Position numbers and translations under genes: made by a program
Notes under the pieces: model-generated
What the model was told of the DNA's origin: nothing
Databases searched by the model: none
Seen by the model: only the letters and a program-made list of their open reading frames with translations
DNA from: Oikopleura dioica
Taxonomy: Eukaryota; Animalia; Chordata
Direction of reading: 5' to 3'
NCBI GenBank assembly: GCA_907165135.1
Contig: OU015568.1
Span: forward strand, 3,906,001-3,970,000
Length of the DNA: 64,000 bases
Shown: positions 25,739 to 39,021 of the stretch, piece by piece
Layout: each line of letters opens with the position of its first letter
How positions within the stretch are numbered: position 1 is the first letter of the stretch

Positions 25739-26195
25739 AATAATAGAAGACCTGTGTTTGTAAAAGTTCATCAGTTAACGCAATTAAATAAAAATAAAAG
25801 AAAAAACTAGTCAAATTTAAGCCAACTTACTCTCACTTCTGTTAATATATCAACCCGTTCAGTTCTCATTTGAGAACTTTAGTAGTCCTCAAACCAAGAG
25901 ATTTGACTCACGGAATCTCTACCGTATCTATAAAAATCAGGTGTTCGTGAATCATTATTATGTGAATGAGTCTTTTTGTGTGCCCACTTGGTGATCCTTT
26001 ATTGAAGTACAAATTCAATAATATAAAGACATAAAATAATAGAACTATCCTCTCGCAAATTTGTGATTAGTCATGTTTCCTATCGTGTGATCACTCTTTT
26101 ATTGATTCTTCTTATTAGTTCAGAATCGGACGAGAAAACTCGGCGATAGAGAATCAGTATCAATCTTGTCGAGAAAAAAAGGCTTCAGAATTACC

Positions 26196-29100
26196 ATGTC
26201 TATCAGACATACAGTCAGTAATGTTCTCAACCGGGGCAGAACGCCGATTTCTGAGCTTCAGCCGAATCGGGAAGAAATCGTCCATCGAATGTACACAACC
26301 CTACAGGTCAGAGAATATGAAGAGGGTTGGATAGAGCTGAATTTATAGAAATCATGCAGCAAGTCAGATGAGCCGCCAAAAGAAAAGCATATACGAAATG
26401 CGATCGTACAAACTCACGAAGCTCGTTCCAGCGCTCTCTTTTGGCAACTAGCGGCGAAGCTTCCACTCGCTGTCAATGCCCACTCGTGCTGGAAATTTTC
26501 CTATCTTTTGCACAAGCTCCTACGCGAGGGCCACCACTCAATCTTCAGACAATCACAGGCGTATTTGGCGAAGCTCGAAGAGTTGTCAAGATATTGGAGT
26601 CATATTCAAGGATACGGGCCGTTGATTCTATCTTATATGAAGCTTTTGATACTGAAGATTGAATTTCACAACAAATATGAATTCCTCCCAGGTTTCTCTT
26701 TCCCTTGTTTCCTTCGTCGACATGAAAATTAAGGCTCCCTGAACCCTCCATCAAATATAAAAGAAAAAGTTGGTGTCGAGCCTGATGCTCAATTTTGCTT
26801 TGTTCTTGATGCCCTGGACTACCTTGAGAAGCTTATGGAAACTCAAAAGGCCATCTTTCGAACGATGGATAGAAGCAAGAACTCCACCTCGAGCGCGTCT
26901 GGCCACAACCGACTTTGCGCGTGTATTCCGATAATCGCCGATTCTGAACAGCTGTACTCGTTTTGCGTGAAATTTTTATCACTTCTTCATAGGATAGGAT
27001 TCAAGCCTTGAATAGTTTTTTCGTGCCGAAATTTAGGATCCCAGAAAAGCCAATTACCTTCTGAGCCACTTTCCGGATTCCGCACTCGCTTTCTTCAGAT
27101 TTACAACGATCTCAAAGCTTTTTACGAACAATGTGTCACTATTTTGTACATTCGCCAGCTTATACAAGGTAAACTCATATTTACGAACCTTGAAAATGAT
27201 CCATTTAGTACCTATGCTCCCCTCATCAGCCCCAGATTTCCATTCCAATATTCCCGAAGTAAACGATGCCCATCAAACCCTCCGCAGAGCGAATCAGATC
27301 GAGGAACGACCTCCCAGTCCAGAACCTTCAACGACAGAATCGCTCATCGACATTGACGAAAATCATGGTTTTTCGCAGATTCAAGATGATCAATTTCAAA
27401 TCTACGCGCAGCTAGAAAAGGCACAAGAGGAAGTCTCAAGACTGCAGACAGACCTAACCAACACGAAAAAGGAACAAACTATCGAAGTCACAAAACTACT
27501 TGAATACATTTCTCAACTAGAGCGCGAAAAACTTGAAGCTGAAACATCGAAGCTATCGTTGGAAACAAATCAAGCCACGGTCAACTCCCTCAAGACAGAA
27601 AACCAAGAGCTCACAAAGAAAAAGTAGCTGTAGAAAACGCTTTTCAGCAATTAAAAATGAAGCACATGAAGCTTGTTCAAATGCATGCTGATCATTTGAG
27701 AACCACTGCGTCTATCAAAGGAGAGCTCGAATGTAAGAAAATTAATCCTTCTTGATTTCATCATCGTTTTTAGCGCACGAAAGTAACAAGAAACGAATCA
27801 ATTCCCATCTCCACGGCATGTTCGAATTTCTCCGTCTCCAGATAATGAAAGAAATCCAGTCAGAAAAAGCCCTTCTGGGAACTCGCTCAGCACAAGATCG
27901 TGGAAAAGGTCTGATCCCCTTTTTACCACCTTTTTAGATCTGCTTTTTAGAATACGCACTCAAACTTGAATCAATTGAGCAGCAGCCCGAAACGGCTTTT
28001 TATAATTTAACCTATGTCTGCTTGACAGCCGTGCAAATCTGCTCCGAGACGTCGAACATAGATGGCAATATGCTCGACTCGACGCAGGAGCTATTGAATA
28101 ATGTCGAAGAAGTGCTGGAAGAGTCTAAAAACAATCCAAAAGCGCTGAACTTGGATAAGATAAAGGCTTCCCTGCAGTCTGTGATGGAAAATCTGCGAAA
28201 AGTGAGAAATACTTTTTGTTCTCGATTTAACTTTTTTCAAGCTGAACGAAGATACGATCAACGAGGAGCAGCTCGGATCTGCCCTGGCTGCGGAACTTGA
28301 TGAAGCCGCTAAACTCGTCGAAGAATCCGCAGCTAGAATTGCCACTCTTCTCAAAGGTTAGTTTCTCTCTTCAACTAAAACGAACCGCCTTTAGATGCGC
28401 GGGAAAGAATGACTGGAACAGAACTAGCTGTTCACGAAGCCATCCTCGATTCTTGCACCACCCTCATGGATTTCATCAAACAGCTGATTATTACGAGCAA
28501 CAAATTGCAACAAGAAATCGTGGAGTCAGGCCGCGGAGCCGGTTCGGCGCAAGATTTTTACTGCAGAAATTCCAGGTTTAATTTTCGTCCTTCTCAAATC
28601 ATCTAACATTTTGCCTAGATGGACTGAGGGATTGCTGAGTGCATTATTGGGATCTTAGATTCGTTAGACTCCCTCGTCCCCTAAGGTCACTTGCTTATCT
28701 AGATCGAGCTTTGCTCGGTCGCCGCCGTGTATTTCTCTTCATTCGGTAATTCACGCAGTTCGTGAATTAACCTCTATTTTACTCCAGCTCGAAATACAGA
28801 CGTCAAAGATACTTTACTCGTTTTCTTCACTCGTCCAGATATAGAGAGCAGGCAAACTACGCTAGAAGTGGGAGATTCAGCAGAAGCTAGGATCCCTTCA
28901 GTGGTATCAGAGTAGTCCCGTTGGAGAAAAGGTAAATTTTCCGCCATCGACAACCGAAGTTTCGCAACTTGGACGCTGATTGGCCGTCAGCGGAGTCGAG
29001 GGGAACCGAATCACCAACCGCCACCGCGCCGCCGGAGAAACTCCACTCAGAGAATTTTCCGCGCCGCACCACACCAACACCACCCCGAGCGAGCGCCACC

Positions 29101-32100
29101 ACACGAGCGCCACCACGACCCACGCGCCGAAAGTCGCGCCCACGCAACCACGCACGCACGCCGGGGAAAACCTAAAATACTGAGAAAAACATAATTCTTT
29201 CGCCACTTTTCACCAAAAATCGAGAGAAGTTTACGAAGAATCGACCCTTGGACCAGACCTTGAAATTTCGACAATCGCTGGACAGAGAAATCGTCGGGCG
29301 TTTGCGCAAAAGGCACCTCAGCTCATCATATTGCGACTTTTAGTCGCAGTATTTTCTGAGGGCCTGAAAGGTAATCCAAGGCCCATAAACCCTTACTGCC
29401 GATATATTTCGAGCTATGGCGGCGAACAAATCACTGCTAGAAACCGTCACCGAAATAAGAAGCATAAACGATCGAGTAAACTACCTCGAAGAACAAGTGC
29501 GAAATGACGAATCACTAAAGCCAAGCCTAGAGCCCTTGATCACAGAAAGCAGAGTAAAATTAGAACAGCTCAGTACAACGCTTCTTACCTGCGAGCTCGA
29601 TCAAGGAAAAGACTCTACGAATGCGACAATGAGAGAAGAAGCATGGGTGGCCACTACCTGGTCTCGTCACGTCCAAGACTTGCCGAAGCTGGACGCCGCA
29701 TGCAACACATCTTTCAACACCTTCTTGGGCAGAGCCGACATTTATCACCGCGCCTACGTCCGCGACAGACCTTCACGTGAACAGCCTTTCATCGCAGCAG
29801 TGTACAGCCACTTCGACTTGAACATCGAACGCTCACTTGGAACCGAATTTCTGAATTGTCAAGACTGGAAATCGGCCAAGGCGCTGCTAGAGAAATCATT
29901 CGCCGCGAAGAGTCACTACTTACTGAAGCTAAGCGAAGTTTTCGACGTCGAATACGACCATTCGAAGCCGTTTGCACACTACACCGCCAACGTCTTGCAA
30001 AAGATGAACGAGGCGAAGCAAGCGACTTTGAACTCTTACCGACAAGAGAAGTCAGCCGACGCCGGGGTCGATGAAATATTTGACATATTCTCGACGATGA
30101 TGCTGTACTTGAATCTTAGGAAAGAAGAACCAGACGTTTTCAACGCAATCCTTCCAAGCCTATCAAAAGTTTACGATATCAACGAACTCTGCCGTCTCGC
30201 CCAATCCACAAGACAGAATCGAGTTGACAGCGCGACCGTCTCCCAGCACTTCAACAGAAATAAGAACAAAAAGAAGAAGAATGCTAAGCGCGCCAGCAAC
30301 GATTCTAAGGATGGGAAAGACGATAAACAACCAGAATCCAAGAAGATAAATACGACTAAGAACGTTGAAGATTTCCAACCATTCGACGTTCACTTTTACA
30401 CAGTGAAGAAGAAGCGACCAGGAAAGGCTTATTTCGCTTCGGCTACCATCATTACGGGCTCTAAAAGTTTTGACGTATCGATGGAAGTCGACAGCGGAGC
30501 CGAGTCCTCCTGTCTGTCCGCTGCTTACGTTCCCGACGAATTTCTCCAGATGCTGAAGCCCTGTCCCTTCAAGGTCACCGGTTTCAGCCCAAATATTCCC
30601 GCCGAGCAGCCGATGGGTATCCTTCCCTGCCGCTTATCATTCAATGGTGGCCCTGCATTCTCCCTGAATCTCACCATTATGCCAGGCAGTAAATACCCAA
30701 GTCTACTGGGCCGCGATATACTAGAGAATGCGATGACGGACAGCTTCACAGTCGACAATAAGAATCGTACTCTCTCATTTTGCTACAACGAAGCCTTCAC
30801 ACAAACTGAGACTCAAGTGGTGAAGCTGGACGGAGTGAAGCGGACCAAAATCAAGAAATACTTGACTACTAGATCAGCGGTCAAGGATAGCGATCGATCC
30901 CGCACTCAACCGCCACCAAAAGTCCCAAAGCTGGACGCACCTAACAAGAACGCAGCCAGGTGCCCCATTCAGCTAGCGAAGCAAAAACTCGGAATTACCC
31001 TACCAGCAAACGCCGACCCGGGGCAAAAGAAGGTGGTCGCCGAGCTGTGTTTGGAATTCGACGACAGATTCGGCTGCGACGGTCAAAAAATGGGTGAATT
31101 CCCGTTCGAGATCGAAATCCCGACTGATGGTACGAGTCGAAACATCAGTCAACACCCGATTCCGCAAGCTTTTCATGGTCAGGTCAGCGATCACATCTCC
31201 GAACTGCTCGAAACGAAAATAATAGAAGAGATCAAAGACCAGAAAGGGTTTAACAGCCCGGTATTGCCTATTCCTAAGAAATCTGGGGAAATGCGCTTCT
31301 GCATCAACTACAAAAACAGCCTGAACAAATGCCTCTCCGACAAATCCGACCCTTACCATCTCCCAAGCATGGAGGATACGATTGCGAACATTGGACCGGG
31401 CAATAAGTTTTTCGCCACAGTTGATCTACGAAGTGGATATTGGCAGTGCCCTGTAAAGAAAAGCGACAGGTACAAGACTTCCTTCCAGTGGGGTGGGAAA
31501 TCTTACGCCTTCTGCAGACTACCATTCGGTTATCGATGCTCGGGGAATATATTCTCGCGCGTCGTAAACACAATTCTCGACTCAAGCCCCACCAGGAAAA
31601 AGATGCTTTCTTATATCGATGACATAGTGTGTTTTGGGAAGACTTTCAGCTGCTATTACAACACTCTCCGAAACCTATTCATCGCGCTCCGCAAGTTTAA
31701 CGCTAAACTCAAGGGCGAAAAGTGCTCTTTCCTACAATCCGAAGCTCACTTTTTGGGCCGAATCATCAACGAAGATGGAATCAAACCGGACCCTGCGCAA
31801 GTCTCCGCTCTTCGTCAGATGAAACCCCCACGCTCCCAAAAGGAGTTAGCTTCATTAATCGGGTCATTGAATTGGATCCGAGGTTTTCTAGAAACGAAAA
31901 TGGGCGAAGCTATTTCATCCGGTTGCTTCTCGAGCAGAATGAAGCCCATAAACGATGTTCGAAATTCGGCGAACGAAACAAATTGTTTCAAGTGGACCAA
32001 AGAAGCGGATTTGGCGCTCAAGGAAATTCAACGACGACTCTCCGAGACTCCAGTCATAAGTTTTCCTAACTTTGACGAGTCTTTTCATCTCTACACAGAC

Positions 32101-35100
32101 GCGAGCCTGTACGCAGCGGGTGGCGTCCTGCTACAAGAGTATGGCGGGAGAGTGCACCTAGTAAGCGCGATTTCCCACACCTTCAACAAAGCTGAAAGAA
32201 AATGGAACACTTCAGAAAAGGAAATGTTTAGCATTGTCTGGTGCTGCGAGCGACTGGAAAAGCTCCTGAAAGGTAGATTCTTTCAGATTCACACAGACCA
32301 CCGATCTTTGATCTTCCTACACAAAAAGAAGTTCAAGAATTCTAAAATAAGCCGATGGCAAAGCCGATTGGAAGAATTCGATTTTCACATTGTCTACATC
32401 AAGGGATCAGAAAATCAATTCGCCGACTTTATGAGCCGCAGACCTGGCGAGGACGACAAATCACTTGGATACGACTCTGAGTTTCCCGTTGGTCGCGAGT
32501 ACGAAATCGACAAGAATTCACCAGTACGTGTCTTCGTCCCTTTCTGGAACGAAAATCAGTTTCCGGAGAAAATCACTTTATCAGAGGTGAAGATACATAA
32601 GGTAAACGTCAAGGCTATCGCGGCGCCAATGGAGATTCCGTTGGTGTCAGCGAATTATAATAACATTCTGGACTATCAAAGGGAGGACTCTGCTCTGAGT
32701 GCAATCATCACTTTTCTGGAATCTGGTAAGGAGCCACTGGACATAAAATCGCTGGTGAAGGACTCCGACCACCGACAATCGTCTCTACTCAAGATGGAAA
32801 AAGCTCTGTTCCTGGATAACACTACCGGGTGCTTGATGTGTCAATTCAAATCTGGCGCGCGGGCGGTGGTACCGGAAGCGGTAAAAAGTCACTTTCTCTT
32901 TCTAGCTCACGACTTGTCCGGTCATCTGGGCGAGCCGCGGACTTTAGAGCGATTAGAGGACGTTTGGTGGCCTTCATTTCAAGACGATGTTTCTAACTAC
33001 GTCCACAGCTGCGTCCCTTGCCTACGCAGAAAAGGATCTGCTGGAACTCGTACCAAACCGCCACTTGGAACCCTTCGTCGTGGAAAAACAGCTGGCGAAT
33101 CGATTCAGATCGATTTCGCTTGTATGCCTCCCGCTGGCGGATTCAAGTATTATTTGGTGGTGGCGGACACTTTCTCTCGCTACACTTGGTGCATTCCGAC
33201 GCGGTCCGACACTGCTATCTGCGCTGCAAAAGCGCTCATCTACAAGGTCTTCCTTCCCATGGATTTCTTGCCGAAACATCTACACAGTGACAGAGGTACC
33301 CACTTCTGCGCAAGCGTGATTGACGAAATGTGTAAGCTTAACCAGATAAAACATACAATAAGTACCGCATTTCACCCTCAATCAAACGCTTTCGCAGAAA
33401 GAGCGAATCGGACTATCAAAAACAGTCTATTCTGCATGGTCAACTCATCTTCCGGTCGAAAAACTTGGGCCGACTGCGTTCCCCACGTGATGCGCGCGCT
33501 CAATAGTGTGAAAAACAAAAGCACGAAAATTTCACCGCGAGAAGTTTGGTTTGGCCGAAAAAGTACTTTCACCCACTCTACTGGCGCAGAAATGACAGCG
33601 GAAACACCTCAGGTGTTTGGTCTCAATGTGGGAGCTTTAGCGAAATCGGCGGAAGCCATTGTGAAAACTGCGATGGAAGCTGCTGACCGAGCCATGGAGC
33701 ACAGGCTGAAAAACGAGCCTAAGCCGAGACCAATCCCCGCTGGCGCTGTCGTGTACATTAAGCGAGAAAACCTGACCGACGCTAAAAGCAAGAAGGAACG
33801 CTGGGTAGGTCCCCTGAAAGCCGTTTCGAGCAACGACTGGGTCGTCATGGTCGAAGATAAAAAAGGACAACGTGATTTCATCCATCGAGAACACGTGGTT
33901 CACGCCGCAGAACGAAATCACGACTTACGCTGGATTGATTACTACGAGGCCGAGTACGTATTCCCACATTTAACCGAAATCGTTAAGTCGAAAGTCCCAC
34001 AAAAATCGCCTGTTCCTACTTCCAAACCGATGGAAAAGTCCGGGTCGAAGTCGCATGGGGGGAGGAAATCTTCTCAGGTCGCGTCGACTCCGATGGTTGC
34101 TATGGAAAAACCGCCAAGATCATCTCTATCACCTATTTTGGAAAGTAGACGCCGATTGGACATGGAAAATCTGGGAGATACAACCGCTACATCTATTTTG
34201 GACTCGTCGGTAGCTCCAGCCGAGCCGTCAGATCGCTGGTACTCTGGTGGTACTCTTTATGAAACTGCCGAGGACATGTCAGCTGATGCTACAGTGATTT
34301 CGGAGGTTGCTGCGCCCGACAATAGCCATATGTCAGTCGATAAACATAATTCAACAGTAGTTGAGGGCTCAGCAACTGAAAACAGCAAGAAAAGAACCCG
34401 TCCAAAGTCTTCACCAGATCGTCAATACTCAGCCGGCGCCGATCCGAATGCGACTTTAACCGAAGTTGGAGCAGCTCATCTCCCGAAACATACAAAACGA
34501 GCACACCGTGAAACGAGGCCCGTCGAACCTCTAAACATCGGCACAAACTCGGGTCAGTCATACGACTAAGCGCAAGTACTGCCCCACTCAGGTCCCCTAT
34601 TCATCGACCGGGGCCTGAAAAGGTACGGAAATTATCACAGTTTACCGTCGCCGACGTATTTTGAGTTCTTCTACATGTGCAGCTACTCCTTCATGTCATC
34701 ACCGCTCGGACATCACGAAAACTTCGCATCTGATTCAAGCTTTTTCCCAAAAAAGGGTTTTTTAACGCGAATCAGACTGCCTCGACGTTTCGAACCTGCC
34801 ATGTTACTCATCTTACGCTTATACTCCTGCAAAAATCACACACTTTGGCCTTAGAGGACGTTTCAGTCTCATGGGGGGTATTGGGATCTTAGATTCGTTA
34901 GACTCCCTCGTCCCCTAAGGTCACTTGCTTATCTAGATCGAGCTTTGCTCGGTCGCCGCCGTGTATTTCTCTTCATTCGGTAATTCACGCAGTTCGTGAA
35001 TTAACCTCTATTTTACTCCAGCTCGAAATACAGACGTCAAAGATACTTTACTCGTTTTCTTCACTCGTCCAGATATAGAGAGCAGGCAAACTACGCTAGA

Positions 35101-35783
35101 AGTGGGAGATTCAGCAGAAGCTAGGATCCCTTCAGCATCAAAAGCCGTTGGTCTTCGAGCACAAACACTTACTGATCTCGCTGATCTTTGTGTGAAAGGA
35201 CAAGGGAACTTCGATGAATTGATCGTTGCATCGAGAGAAATCACCGCTTCAACAGCTCAACTTATGGCCGCGTCCCGCGTCAAAGCTTCCCGAGGAGAAA
35301 ACCTTTCAAAACTGGAAGTCCTCAGCAAGCAAGTCAACAAAGCTGCTGGCCAAGTTGTCGGCGCATCGCAGTCGGGCAAGACTTCAACCGAAAACTCATC
35401 GTCAGAAAATGTTGACTTCTCAAAACTCAGCTACACTCAAGCGAAAAAGATCGAAATGGACACGCAAGTTAAAATTCTTGATCTTGAGTATCAGCTCGAG
35501 CGAGAAAGGGCGAAAATACGAGAGATTCGAAAATCAGCATACAACGAGTCTAATCCTAAAAATCCAGTGGCTACGAAAATCAATACTGCTCCAGAAAAGT
35601 AAAACAATCTCTTCTTTTTCATCTACTAATAATCTTTTCAGAGCACAAGAAGACAACCTCCGAGAATTGGCTTCAGTGCTCAATTCGGCCCCCTCCCCTC
35701 CTTCTCTCATCGACCTCGATCTGAACCCTGGCTCATCAACCCCAAGTCAACCAGTTGCAGCCCCACGGAAATCGTTAATCTAA
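26196..35783 (+). CDS. HIP1: Huntingtin-interacting protein 1 / HIP1R / Sla2 family gene, I/LWEQ exon interrupted by an LTR retrotransposon
   Basis: ANTH domain (PPKEKHIR, FWQL, CWKFSYLLHKLLREGH), coiled coil, I/LWEQ domain RWTEGLLSA | SKAVG...ELIVASREITASTAQLMAASRVKA split at 28644/35135. Confidence 0.9.
28645..28900 (+). repeat. 5' LTR (TATTG...CTTCA)
   Basis: Exact repeat of 34879..35134. Confidence 0.97.
28902..28912 (+). promoter_or_regulatory. Primer-binding site TGGTATCAGAG
   Basis: One base after the 5' LTR; TGG complementary to tRNA CCA; matches initiator-Met type acceptor stem (plant-like variant). Confidence 0.75.
29416..34569 (+). CDS. Gag-Pol polyprotein (gag, aspartic protease, RT, RNase H, integrase)
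   Basis: 1717 aa uninterrupted ORF; VDSGA protease, YIDD RT, YTDAS RNase H, HHCC zinc finger (HDLSGH...CVPC), D-D-E (IDFA, SDRG, AERAN), WVGP GPY/F-like motif; gypsy domain order. Confidence 0.97.
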   Translation: MAANKSLLETVTEIRSINDRVNYLEEQVRNDESLKPSLEPLITESRVKLEQLSTTLLTCELDQGKDSTNATMREEAWVATTWSRHVQDLPKLDAACNTSFNTFLGRADIYHRAYVRDRPSREQPFIAAVYSHFDLNIERSLGTEFLNCQDWKSAKALLEKSFAAKSHYLLKLSEVFDVEYDHSKPFAHYTANVLQKMNEAKQATLNSYRQEKSADAGVDEIFDIFSTMMLYLNLRKEEPDVFNAILPSLSKVYDINELCRLAQSTRQNRVDSATVSQHFNRNKNKKKKNAKRASNDSKDGKDDKQPESKKINTTKNVEDFQPFDVHFYTVKKKRPGKAYFASATIITGSKSFDVSMEVDSGAESSCLSAAYVPDEFLQMLKPCPFKVTGFSPNIPAEQPMGILPCRLSFNGGPAFSLNLTIMPGSKYPSLLGRDILENAMTDSFTVDNKNRTLSFCYNEAFTQTETQVVKLDGVKRTKIKKYLTTRSAVKDSDRSRTQPPPKVPKLDAPNKNAARCPIQLAKQKLGITLPANADPGQKKVVAELCLEFDDRFGCDGQKMGEFPFEIEIPTDGTSRNISQHPIPQAFHGQVSDHISELLETKIIEEIKDQKGFNSPVLPIPKKSGEMRFCINYKNSLNKCLSDKSDPYHLPSMEDTIANIGPGNKFFATVDLRSGYWQCPVKKSDRYKTSFQWGGKSYAFCRLPFGYRCSGNIFSRVVNTILDSSPTRKKMLSYIDDIVCFGKTFSCYYNTLRNLFIALRKFNAKLKGEKCSFLQSEAHFLGRIINEDGIKPDPAQVSALRQMKPPRSQKELASLIGSLNWIRGFLETKMGEAISSGCFSSRMKPINDVRNSANETNCFKWTKEADLALKEIQRRLSETPVISFPNFDESFHLYTDASLYAAGGVLLQEYGGRVHLVSAISHTFNKAERKWNTSEKEMFSIVWCCERLEKLLKGRFFQIHTDHRSLIFLHKKKFKNSKISRWQSRLEEFDFHIVYIKGSENQFADFMSRRPGEDDKSLGYDSEFPVGREYEIDKNSPVRVFVPFWNENQFPEKITLSEVKIHKVNVKAIAAPMEIPLVSANYNNILDYQREDSALSAIITFLESGKEPLDIKSLVKDSDHRQSSLLKMEKALFLDNTTGCLMCQFKSGARAVVPEAVKSHFLFLAHDLSGHLGEPRTLERLEDVWWPSFQDDVSNYVHSCVPCLRRKGSAGTRTKPPLGTLRRGKTAGESIQIDFACMPPAGGFKYYLVVADTFSRYTWCIPTRSDTAICAAKALIYKVFLPMDFLPKHLHSDRGTHFCASVIDEMCKLNQIKHTISTAFHPQSNAFAERANRTIKNSLFCMVNSSSGRKTWADCVPHVMRALNSVKNKSTKISPREVWFGRKSTFTHSTGAEMTAETPQVFGLNVGALAKSAEAIVKTAMEAADRAMEHRLKNEPKPRPIPAGAVVYIKRENLTDAKSKKERWVGPLKAVSSNDWVVMVEDKKGQRDFIHREHVVHAAERNHDLRWIDYYEAEYVFPHLTEIVKSKVPQKSPVPTSKPMEKSGSKSHGGRKSSQVASTPMVAMEKPPRSSLSPILESRRRLDMENLGDTTATSILDSSVAPAEPSDRWYSGGTLYETAEDMSADATVISEVAAPDNSHMSVDKHNSTVVEGSATENSKKRTRPKSSPDRQYSAGADPNATLTEVGAAHLPKHTKRAHRETRPVEPLNIGTNSGQSYD
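34871..34878 (+). promoter_or_regulatory. Polypurine tract (ATGGGGGG)
   Basis: G run immediately 5' of the 3' LTR. Confidence 0.8.
34879..35134 (+). repeat. 3' LTR
   Basis: Exact repeat of 28645..28900. Confidence 0.97.
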
Positions 35784-36042
35784 AGATAAACCAAACTTAT
35801 TCATTCTCACTCGCTTTTTCTCCCGTAAAACCCAACGAATCAAAGAAATACACATGTCCCTTTTATCCTTCAAAGAACACTTTATATCATTTCACTTAAA
35901 AAATTCATTCATTCTGAGCTTTTATTCCTCTTTCTTTCTATCTCATGCACGTTCTACTTATCTATTTACCTGAAAAAGAAAACTGCTAGAATACACTTCA
36001 AACAAAATTCATTCCCATCAAAAAACGTCTTTTATTGTCTTC

Positions 36043-39021
<2,979 letters not shown>

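Larger units (their letters stand above)
28645..35134 (+). mobile_element. Full-length Ty3/gypsy (Tor-like) LTR retrotransposon, 6490 bp, no env
   Basis: Two 256 bp LTRs identical by eye; 4 bp target duplication GCAT (28641-28644, 35135-35138); PBS, PPT and single gag-pol ORF. Confidence 0.97.

Noticed and set aside
28887-29316. Several GC-rich short ORFs in the retrotransposon leader
   Set aside because: Low-complexity 5' UTR/packaging region; no recognisable protein, no env-like TM segment
34590-34640. Hairpin CAGGTCCCC...GGGGCCTG followed by CTGAAAAG...GGAAA in the element 3' UTR, possible hammerhead ribozyme
   Set aside because: Core CTGANGA is not matched and the stems cannot be completed
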